From the NCBI GenBank assembly GCA_051889995.1, contig JBJFDL010000003.1, positions 112,838-176,837 of the forward strand: a stretch of DNA of 64,000 bases, read 5' to 3'. Both the position numbers and the translations under genes were made by a program. Under the pieces are notes generated by a model. It saw only the letters and a list, made by a program, of their open reading frames with translations, was not told the DNA's origin and did not search any database. Position 1 is the first letter of the stretch, and every line of letters starts with the position of its first letter. Source of the DNA: Christensenellales bacterium. GTDB lineage: Bacteria; Bacillota; Clostridia; Christensenellales; UBA1242. Shown piece after piece: positions 35,101 through 42,634 of the stretch.

Positions 35101-35538
35101 TTAATCTTCAATTCTAAACAATGGTTTTAAATTTGCAAGATAATCTTCGTTTATTTCAATTAGTTTCAATAGTAATTTTTTTTCATCGTCTAGACAATTT
35201 AATTCTTTATATAAGTCTGGCATTGTTTCACTAATTGCCAAGTATATGTTTTCACATATATCAAAGTCAGTTATCTTTTTTAAACTTGATAATTTTAGTG
35301 ATATTAAATTTTGATATTTATCAAAAAAGCACATATCTTCAGGAGTTTTATCAAAATCTTTCATAATCATTTTACATTCTTCAATTATTAAATCGTATTC
35401 ATTGATTTTGTTCGATGTTAGTTTTTTTAATTTTTCGCTTTCAATTTTAACAATAAAATTATCAATAACTTGTAAAATTGATTTTGTTGATTGATTTATT
35501 AAATTTATTAAATTTTCACATGATTTACTACTTTTCAT
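35101..35538 (-). CDS. Hypothetical protein (145 aa, acidic, predicted helical)
   Basis: Intact ORF with an ATG start. No recognisable motif and no obvious SD. Confidence 0.45.
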   Translation of the reverse strand: MKSSKSCENLINLINQSTKSILQVIDNFIVKIESEKLKKLTSNKINEYDLIIEECKMIMKDFDKTPEDMCFFDKYQNLISLKLSSLKKITDFDICENIYLAISETMPDLYKELNCLDDEKKLLLKLIEINEDYLANLKPLFRIED

Positions 35539-35608
35539 TTATGCTATTTTTATCTATTTTTTTATTTTTTATACAAATAATTTTTACGAATATAGAAAAA
35601 CTAAAAAT

Positions 35609-36862
35609 GTGGACGCAAATTTAGTTTTATTATTATATCTCATATTGTCAGCAGTATTTGTTTTATTTTTGATACTCATGTTTTTGTATTTGTTTAATAA
35701 AAATGTTCTATCTAAATGGAACTTGTCATTAAAAATTACAGCATATATTTCAGTTTACACTATAAGTTTGATTTTTGGAGTTAATTATGTTTTAACAAAT
35801 TATCCAGTAGAAAAAAATTTTTTTAGCAAACAAAACATTTTTCTGGTTGGGCTTGTTATTTGTTATATTTTAATCGTTTTTGCGACATTATATATAAATC
35901 TTTATCCAATCAAGAAAATTATTAATACAACGCAAAATTTGGTTTCAAACAAAGAATTAAAAGAAGATTTGATTTATGGAAGTAGAGAGTTTGATAATAT
36001 TCAAACAAATTTAGACGGAATTAAAAATTCGTTTAAAGAAAATGATGATTATAACATAAAATTAAAAAAAGAATATTATAAATTTATTCCAAAGGAATTT
36101 TATGACTATTTGGGAAAAAAAGATGTTTTTGAATTAAAATTAGGAGAAAATGTTCAAAAAGATGTTTGTGTTTTGTTTGTTGACATTAGACATTCGTATA
36201 GAACAAGTGAAACTTTGAGTTTAGATGACAATTTTAAGTTTATAAATAGTTATCTTTGTGTTGTGGGTGAGTGTGTTAAGGAAAACAGGGGATTTATTGA
36301 TAAATTTTTGGGAGATGGTGTTTTAGCAGTATTCTTAAACGAAAGAGATGCTGTTAGTTGTAGCGTTGAGTTGTCCAAACGCTTTGAAAACATTAATTTA
36401 GTTAGTATTGGAGAAGATAAAATAAGATACGGAATTGGTATTCATTCAGGGAAGGTAATTATTGGAATTGTTGGCGAAAAAGATAGATTATCTCCAACAA
36501 TAATAAGTGATAGCGTGAATTTAGCATATAAAATTGAAAGTTTAAATAAAATTTTTCTATCAAAAATACTTTTCACAAAGGAAGTCTTGAATAATTTACC
36601 AAGGGAATTTGAAATAAACTATCGTTATGTAGGGCTTGTTAAAATTGATGATGTTAGTGTGTCTTTGTTTGAAAATTTGGACGCTTACTATGGTGTTGAT
36701 AAGCAACTTTATATTAAAACGAAGAGCTTTTTTGAAACAGCAGTTAGAAATTATGAAGACAAAAACTATAAAAATGCTAAAAAATATTTTCTAAAAGTTC
36801 TTGAAATAAATGAAGAAGATAATCTTGCTAAATTTTATTTAAAAAAATGTAAAATTGTTTAA
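35609..36862 (+). CDS. Membrane-anchored class III adenylate/guanylate cyclase with C-terminal TPR-like repeat
   Basis: Three N-terminal TM helices. Cyclase core VLFVDIRHSY (metal Asp), DKFLGDGVLAVF (Lys plus second metal Asp), IGIHSGKVIIGIVG and SDSVNLAYKIES. C-terminus YEDKNYKNAKKYFLKVLEINEED is TPR-like. GTG start. Confidence 0.8.
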   Translation: MDANLVLLLYLILSAVFVLFLILMFLYLFNKNVLSKWNLSLKITAYISVYTISLIFGVNYVLTNYPVEKNFFSKQNIFLVGLVICYILIVFATLYINLYPIKKIINTTQNLVSNKELKEDLIYGSREFDNIQTNLDGIKNSFKENDDYNIKLKKEYYKFIPKEFYDYLGKKDVFELKLGENVQKDVCVLFVDIRHSYRTSETLSLDDNFKFINSYLCVVGECVKENRGFIDKFLGDGVLAVFLNERDAVSCSVELSKRFENINLVSIGEDKIRYGIGIHSGKVIIGIVGEKDRLSPTIISDSVNLAYKIESLNKIFLSKILFTKEVLNNLPREFEINYRYVGLVKIDDVSVSLFENLDAYYGVDKQLYIKTKSFFETAVRNYEDKNYKNAKKYFLKVLEINEEDNLAKFYLKKCKIV

Positions 36863-36870
36863 AAAAATGG

Positions 36871-36899
36871 TTGACAAAGCTAAAAATATAATATATAAT
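36871..36899 (+). promoter_or_regulatory. Consensus sigma-A promoter of ylxM-ffh
   Basis: TTGACA (36871-36876), 17 nt, TATAAT (36894-36899). Confidence 0.65.
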
Positions 36900-36901
36900 G
36901 A

Positions 36902-36938
36902 CTTTGTAAAGTTTTTATGCTTTACAAAGTTTATTTTT
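36902..36938 (+). terminator. Perfect 10-bp hairpin plus T-run placed immediately after the ylxM promoter -10
   Basis: CTTTGTAAAG (36902-36911), loop TTTTTATG, CTTTACAAAG (36920-36929), then TTTATTTTT. Confidence 0.6.
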
Positions 36939-36949
36939 AAAGTGGTTTT

Positions 36950-37267
36950 ATGAGTGATTTAGAAAAAAATATTTATGTTAGTAATTTATTTGATTTTTAC
37001 AAAAATTTATTAACAGAAAAACAACAATCAATTTTTATTTCATACTATTTTAATGACATTGGTTTAAGCGAAATTGCACAAACTAAAGGAATTTCAAGAC
37101 AGGCTGTTTTAGATAGTTTAAAAAAGACTGAAACATTGCTAAACTCGTATGAAGAAAAATTAAGACTAAATCAAATTTATAACGAGCAAAAAAAGATAAT
37201 TAAAAAAATAGAAAACTCTAAAAATCTTGATAAAATAAATGATATTATTAGACTTTGGGAGGACTAA
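36950..37267 (+). CDS. ylxM: YlxM/p13-like HTH protein (UPF0122) of the SRP operon
   Basis: LFDFYKNLLTEKQQSIF..YYF.D.GLSEIA...GISRQAV.D matches the family. Directly precedes ffh. Confidence 0.85.
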   Translation: MSDLEKNIYVSNLFDFYKNLLTEKQQSIFISYYFNDIGLSEIAQTKGISRQAVLDSLKKTETLLNSYEEKLRLNQIYNEQKKIIKKIENSKNLDKINDIIRLWED

Positions 37268-38586
37268 TGGCAGTATTTTCATCTTTAAGCGAAAGAATTG
37301 GTCATATCTTTTCAAAACTTTCAAACAAGGGCAAATTAACAGAACTTGAAATTAAAGAAGCAATGAGAGAAATAAGAATTGCGCTTTTAGAAGCTGATGT
37401 TAATTATGTTGTAGTCAAAGATTTAGTTGCAAAAATAACAGAAAAAGCTGTTGGAGAACAAATTCTTAAGAGTTTAACGCCAACACAACAGGTTATTAAA
37501 ATTGTTAATGAAGAATTAACAGCTTTAATGGGAAGTGTGCAATCTAAATTAAATCTTGTTGGAAATCCACCTCAAATAATTTTGATGTGTGGCTTACAAG
37601 GTGCAGGAAAAACAACAAACACTGGAAAACTTGCATTTAATTTAAAAAAGCAAGGAAGAAAAGTTTTGACTGTTGGACTAGATATATACAGACCAGCTGC
37701 AATAAATCAGTTAAAAGTTGTTAGTGAAAAGGCCGGAGTTGATTGTTTTGAAAAAGGAACACAAAATCCAGTTAAAACAGCAAAAGAAGCAAGGGAATAT
37801 GCTTTAAAACACGGTTATGACACTTTAATTTTGGATACGGCAGGACGATTGCAAATTAATGAAGAATTAATGGATGAATTGCTAAAAATTAAAAATGAAG
37901 TTAATCCTTGCGAAATCTTATTAACTGTTGATTCAATGACAGGTCAAGAAGCTGTGAATGTTGCAAAAGCATTTAACGAAAAGTTAGACATTACGGGTGT
38001 TATATTAACAAAACTTGATGGTGATACTCGTGGTGGTGCAGCGTTGTCAATTAAAGCAGTTGTTAATAAACCAATTAAATTTTGTTCTGTTGGAGAAAAA
38101 ATTGGCGATTTAGAACCTTTTTATCCTGACAGAATGGCATCAAGAATATTGGGTATGGGCGATGTTTTAAGTTTGATTGAAAAAGCACAAGAAGTTGTCG
38201 ATGAAGAAGAAGCAAAAAAACTTGAACAAAAGTTTAGAAAAAATAAATTTGATTTTGAAGACTATTTGGTTCAATTTGAAAACCTTAAAAAGATGGGTGG
38301 GATAAAAGATGTTTTATCTATGATTCCAGGATTGTCATCTAAGGTTAAAGTTATTGACAGCATAGACGAAAAAGCTTTAGCAAAAAACAAAGCAATCATT
38401 CAAAGCATGACAATTGAAGAAAGAAGAAATCCTGAACTAATTAAAGGTGATAGAAGGAAGAGAATTTGTGCTGGCTCTGGCACAACAATTCAAGAAGTAA
38501 ATGCATTACTTAAACAATTTGAACAGAGCAGGGAACTTATGAAACAATTAAATGGTAAAAAAGGATTTGGTAAGTTTCCATTTTAA
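37267..38586 (+). CDS. ffh: Signal recognition particle protein Ffh
   Basis: GLQGAGKTT, DTAGR and TKLDGDTRGGAALS GTPase motifs, then the Met-rich M domain. TAATG overlap with ylxM, with GGGAGGA as SD. Confidence 0.95.
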   Translation: MAVFSSLSERIGHIFSKLSNKGKLTELEIKEAMREIRIALLEADVNYVVVKDLVAKITEKAVGEQILKSLTPTQQVIKIVNEELTALMGSVQSKLNLVGNPPQIILMCGLQGAGKTTNTGKLAFNLKKQGRKVLTVGLDIYRPAAINQLKVVSEKAGVDCFEKGTQNPVKTAKEAREYALKHGYDTLILDTAGRLQINEELMDELLKIKNEVNPCEILLTVDSMTGQEAVNVAKAFNEKLDITGVILTKLDGDTRGGAALSIKAVVNKPIKFCSVGEKIGDLEPFYPDRMASRILGMGDVLSLIEKAQEVVDEEEAKKLEQKFRKNKFDFEDYLVQFENLKKMGGIKDVLSMIPGLSSKVKVIDSIDEKALAKNKAIIQSMTIEERRNPELIKGDRRKRICAGSGTTIQEVNALLKQFEQSRELMKQLNGKKGFGKFPF

Positions 38587-38643
38587 CTTTGATTAATTTT
38601 TTAAAAAATTAATATATAAAAATAAACAAAAAGGAGAAAAATT

Positions 38644-38901
38644 ATGGCAGTAAAAATTAGATTAACAAGATTAGGAGATAAAAAATCACCATTCTACAGA
38701 GTTGTAGTGGCAGATTCAAGATATCCAAGAGATGGTAAATTTATTGATATGCTAGGAACTTATAATCCATTAACTACACCAGCTGAAATTAAAATCAACA
38801 ATGAAAAAGCTGTTGAATGGATTAAAAAAGGTGCTCAACCTACTGATACTGCAAGAGATTTACTTGTTAAAAGTGGTGCTATTGAAAGCAAAAACAAATA
38901 G
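38644..38901 (+). CDS. rpsP: 30S ribosomal protein S16
   Basis: [26 protein letters not shown]. Confidence 0.95.
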   Translation: MAVKIRLTRLGDKKSPFYRVVVADSRYPRDGKFIDMLGTYNPLTTPAEIKINNEKAVEWIKKGAQPTDTARDLLVKSGAIESKNK

Positions 38902-38909
38902 GAGGTTTT

Positions 38910-39143
38910 ATGGAAGAATTAGTAACCTACATTGTTAAGTCTTTGGTAGCAAATAAAGATGATGTTATTGTTGAAAGTGTTAAAGAAAATGAGTCAACAG
39001 TAATCTTAAAAGTAACAGTAAATGAAAAAGATTTAGGAAAAGTTATCGGTAAAAATGGAAAAATTGCAAATGCACTAAGAGCAATTGTAAAAAGCGTTCC
39101 AAACGACAACAATGTTAAATATTTTGTAAAAATTATGGAATAA
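38910..39143 (+). CDS. ylqC: KH-domain RNA-binding protein (YlqC-like)
   Basis: 77 aa, DLGKVIGKNGKIANALRAIV (GxxG KH motif). Follows rpsP. Confidence 0.85.
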   Translation: MEELVTYIVKSLVANKDDVIVESVKENESTVILKVTVNEKDLGKVIGKNGKIANALRAIVKSVPNDNNVKYFVKIME

Positions 39144-39144
39144 A

Positions 39145-39169
39145 ATACTCCTTCGGGAGTGTTTTTTTA
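39145..39169 (+). terminator. Rho-independent terminator after the KH-protein gene
   Basis: ACTCC-TTCG-GGAGT tetraloop hairpin followed by T7. Confidence 0.8.
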
Positions 39170-39388
39170 TTATTGAATTAGATAATACAACTTTAATTTA
39201 CATTGTGTTAAAATGTATATTTTGCTACTGAAAGTTAGTTAAATTAAAAGTTAAGGTAATTTCTCACAAAAATTTATAATTTAGTAAATAAATGCCATTG
39301 GAGACAATAAAACTAAAATCAAAAAGGAGATTAAATGGCGTATGTTTAAAATCTTTTAATAAAAAAATGAAAAAATGCTTTAATAAGT

Positions 39389-39417
39389 GATACAAAATCT
39401 TTTGTTTGTGATATAAT
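39389..39417 (+). promoter_or_regulatory. Extended -10 promoter directing a leaderless rimM-trmD transcript
   Basis: TGaTATAAT (39409-39417), then 7 nt (GAGTTGT) and ATG 39425. The ORF-track ATG 39416 lies inside the -10 box. Confidence 0.6.
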
Positions 39418-39424
39418 GAGTTGT

Positions 39425-39919
39425 ATGATAGAGAAAATAGAATTTGGTAAAGTGATAAACACTAGAGGATTAGATGGCACAATAAAAGTGCAAACTAGCA
39501 GTGAGAAAATGTCGTTTAAAAATTTAAAAAATGTTTATTTAGATGACACTTTATTTAATTTGGAAAAAATCACGCAGGCAGGTTCATTTTTTTACATTCG
39601 TTTAAAGGAAATAACAACTGTTGAAAGTGCTCAAAAATTAAAAAACAAAATCTTGTATATTAATAGGGAAAATATTGTTTTAAACAAAAATGAATATTTA
39701 GTTTGTGATATGCTTGGATTAGATGTTGTTAGTGATTTAGATAAATATTATGGTAAAATTATAGACATAACAAATTATGGCGCTCAAGATGTTTATACCA
39801 TTAAAAATGGAAAAGAAGAACATTCATTCTGCTTGATTGATGGCATTATTATTAAAGTGGATTTTGATGCAAATAAAGTTATTTTAAATGATAAAATATT
39901 GAATGAGGTTATGTTATGA
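39425..39919 (+). CDS. rimM: 16S rRNA processing protein RimM
   Basis: MIEKIEFGKVINTRGLDGTIKV is a typical RimM N-terminus. PRC-barrel C-terminus. Confidence 0.88.
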   Translation: MIEKIEFGKVINTRGLDGTIKVQTSSEKMSFKNLKNVYLDDTLFNLEKITQAGSFFYIRLKEITTVESAQKLKNKILYINRENIVLNKNEYLVCDMLGLDVVSDLDKYYGKIIDITNYGAQDVYTIKNGKEEHSFCLIDGIIIKVDFDANKVILNDKILNEVML

Positions 39920-40581
39920 GAATAGATATTTTAACCTTATTTCCAGAAATGTTTGTTCCTTTAAAAACTTCAATTTTAAAAAGGGCGCAAGATAGTAATT
40001 TAATTGAAATAAATATTATAAATTTTAGGGACTTTTCTAATAGTAAACACAAACAAGTTGATGATGTTCCCTTTGGTGGTGGTGATGGAATGGTTTTAAT
40101 GTGTCAACCTATTTTTGATTGCATTAACTCTATTAGAAAAAATAATTCTAAAATAATTTATATGAGTCCTAAAGGAAAAACACTAAAACAAAGCAATGTT
40201 GTGGATTATGTAAATTATGAGCATATAATCATTCTTTGTGGACATTATGAGGGTGTTGACCAAAGAGTTATAGATTATTTTAATATGGAAGAGATTTCTA
40301 TTGGTGATTATGTTTTAACTGGTGGCGAACTACCAAGTATGGTCTTTGTTGATTGTTTGTCTAGATTAATTCCAAATGTTTTGCATAATAATCATTCAAG
40401 TGTTGAAGAAAGTTTTTCAAATAATTTACTGGAATATCCACAATACACGCGTCCAAGTGAATTTAATGGAATGAGAGTTCCTGATGTATTGTTATGTGGT
40501 AATCATAAGGAAATTGAAAAATATCGTTATGAAAAAGCCTTAGAGATAACTAAAAGAAACAGGCCAGATTTGTTAGAATAG
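39916..40581 (+). CDS. trmD: tRNA (guanine37-N1)-methyltransferase TrmD
   Basis: MRIDILTLFPEMF, GGGDGMVL, CGHYEGVDQRV and GDYVLTGGE. ATGA overlap with rimM. Confidence 0.95.
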   Translation: MRIDILTLFPEMFVPLKTSILKRAQDSNLIEINIINFRDFSNSKHKQVDDVPFGGGDGMVLMCQPIFDCINSIRKNNSKIIYMSPKGKTLKQSNVVDYVNYEHIIILCGHYEGVDQRVIDYFNMEEISIGDYVLTGGELPSMVFVDCLSRLIPNVLHNNHSSVEESFSNNLLEYPQYTRPSEFNGMRVPDVLLCGNHKEIEKYRYEKALEITKRNRPDLLE

Positions 40582-40750
40582 TTAAAGTTTTAGTTGAAAC
40601 AAATTTAATAAAATATTGTTATGTAATTTTATGATAGTTTCTAACACAAATTTAAGACAAAAAGCGTTATAGCTTTAGTTTAAAGTTAAGAAGTTTAATA
40701 AAAAAATAAAAATATTTAAGAGAAATAATGTAAATAAAGGAAGTTAACAA

Positions 40751-41638
40751 ATGGCGAAAAAGAATAAGGATAAGATTAACAATAATTCATCGTCTAACTC
40801 ATCAATAAATTGGTTTCCAGGTCATATGCATAAAACACTAAAAGAATTGACCGATAAAATCAAACTTGTTGATGTTGTTTTGTATGTTTTGGATAGTCGT
40901 GCTCCTAACAGCACATTAAATCCACAATTTGAAACAATTATTTCCAATAAACCAGTTGTTTTTATTTTTAATAAATGTGATTTTGTTAATGTTAATGAAC
41001 TATCTAAATTTACCAGTAAATTTGATGCAGAAAAAGAGAATATTCGTTACACGATATTAGATGGCACAAAGCCTAATGCCTATAAGCAAATCATTACATC
41101 TATAAATGAGTTAATGATTAAAAAATTAATTAGAAATAAAGAAAAAGGAATAAATATTCCTTTAAGAGTTATGGTCATAGGCGTTCCAAACACTGGAAAA
41201 AGCACAATTATTAATAATTTTGCAAGAAAAAATAAAGCTGAAACAGGGAATAAAGCAGGAGTTACAAGGAACATTCAATGGGTAAAAGTTGATGGTAACA
41301 TTGAGTTGTTAGATACACCAGGCACTTTATGGCCAAAATTTGATGATAAAAATGTTGCTAATCATCTTGCATACATTGGAAGCATTAAAGATGAGGTTTT
41401 AATTTTAACTGACTTATGCTATGATTTTATAGACGAATTAAAAGATAAATATGCTTCTTTATTTTTGCAAAGATATAATGTCGATACTAAAGATAAACAA
41501 ACAATTGAAATTTATGAAGAAATTTGTGAAAAACGTGGCTATTTTATGAAAAATAAAGAATATGATTATGAGAGATGTGCGAAAGCAATTTTGGATGATT
41601 TCAGAAAGGGTAGATTGGGAAAAATCATATTAGATTAA
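40751..41638 (+). CDS. rbgA: Ribosome biogenesis GTPase A (YlqF/RbgA, circularly permuted)
   Basis: INWFPGHM, then permuted order NKCD ... GVPNTGKST ... LDTPG. Confidence 0.9.
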   Translation: MAKKNKDKINNNSSSNSSINWFPGHMHKTLKELTDKIKLVDVVLYVLDSRAPNSTLNPQFETIISNKPVVFIFNKCDFVNVNELSKFTSKFDAEKENIRYTILDGTKPNAYKQIITSINELMIKKLIRNKEKGINIPLRVMVIGVPNTGKSTIINNFARKNKAETGNKAGVTRNIQWVKVDGNIELLDTPGTLWPKFDDKNVANHLAYIGSIKDEVLILTDLCYDFIDELKDKYASLFLQRYNVDTKDKQTIEIYEEICEKRGYFMKNKEYDYERCAKAILDDFRKGRLGKIILD

Positions 41639-41654
41639 ACAAAAGAGAAAATTT

Positions 41655-42269
41655 ATGAAAGAAAAAGATTATATAGATAAATTAAAATATGAAAAGGAAT
41701 ATCAACAAAAAGGTTATAAAATGATTGCTGGTTGTGATGAGGCAGGTCGTGGCCCACTTGCTGGTCCAGTTGTTGTCGCAAGCGTTATTATGCCGATAGA
41801 TGATTTAATTGACGGTGTTGATGATAGCAAAAAATTAACCGAAAAGAAAAGAGATGAATTATTTGATAAAATAATAGAAAAGGCAATAGATTATAAAATA
41901 TCTATTGTTAGTGAAAAAGTTATTGATGAGATTAATATTTTGCAAGCAACAAAACAAGGAATGGAAGAGTGTATTAATGGATTAAAAATTAAGCCAGATT
42001 TTGCTTTAATTGATGCAGTTAAAGGATTAAACTTAGTATGTGAATTTTTGCCTTTAATTAAGGGCGATTATTTAAGTTACTCAATTGGTTGTGCAAGCAT
42101 TTTAGCAAAAGTTACTCGTGATAGATTAATGGTAGAAATGGCTCAAATTTATCCTGAATATTCTTTTGAAAAACATAAAGGATATGGAACTAAAGCTCAT
42201 ATAGAAGCAATAAAAAAATATGGTAAATGTCCTATTCACAGAGATACATTTATAAAACATTTTGTGTAG
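41655..42269 (+). CDS. rnhB: Ribonuclease HII
   Basis: IAGCDEAGRGPLAGPVV, DSKKL and the KGD.. motifs. Confidence 0.93.
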   Translation: MKEKDYIDKLKYEKEYQQKGYKMIAGCDEAGRGPLAGPVVVASVIMPIDDLIDGVDDSKKLTEKKRDELFDKIIEKAIDYKISIVSEKVIDEINILQATKQGMEECINGLKIKPDFALIDAVKGLNLVCEFLPLIKGDYLSYSIGCASILAKVTRDRLMVEMAQIYPEYSFEKHKGYGTKAHIEAIKKYGKCPIHRDTFIKHFV

Positions 42270-42275
42270 GTTTAT

Positions 42276-42620
42276 ATGAATGATGCGGTTTTGGGAGCAA
42301 GGGGAGAAATTCTTGCTGTTAAATTTTTAAAGAAAAAGGGATATAAATTAATAAGTAAAAATTATAAAAATCCTATTGGTGAAATTGATATAATTTGTTA
42401 TTATCCTAAAAATGAAGAATATGTTTTTGTTGAAGTAAAAACACGTTCTAGTGCTTCATTTGGTTTACCTAGTGAAGCAGTAAATTTAAGAAAGCAAAAC
42501 AAAATTAGACAAACGGCGACTTTCTTTTTAAAACAGAATAAGTTGCTTAATTGTAAAATACGCTTTGATGTTATAGAAGTTTTAGAAAATAAAATAAATC
42601 AAATTGAATATGCATTTTAA
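42276..42620 (+). CDS. yraN: YraN-family endonuclease-like protein (UPF0102)
   Basis: GARGE..A..FL...GY......Y....GEIDII, then VFVEVKTR. Confidence 0.88.
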   Translation: MNDAVLGARGEILAVKFLKKKGYKLISKNYKNPIGEIDIICYYPKNEEYVFVEVKTRSSASFGLPSEAVNLRKQNKIRQTATFFLKQNKLLNCKIRFDVIEVLENKINQIEYAF

Positions 42621-42634
42621 AGGAGATAATTAAA

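Noticed and set aside
35609-36862. Possibility that the class III cyclase is part of a Pycsar/CBASS-like anti-phage signalling system.
   Set aside because: There is no adjacent effector with a cNMP-binding, TIR, patatin or nuclease domain. The neighbouring genes are divergently transcribed and look like a YgjV-type membrane protein and a helical orphan. The cyclase has the Lys typical of purine (adenylate) cyclases and a sensor-like TM/TPR architecture.
39335-39349. Four-codon mini-ORF (MAYV) with a strong SD in the KH-rimM spacer, considered as a real leader peptide gene.
   Set aside because: It is too short to evaluate and I have no conservation data. It is kept only as a remark within the operon-split finding.
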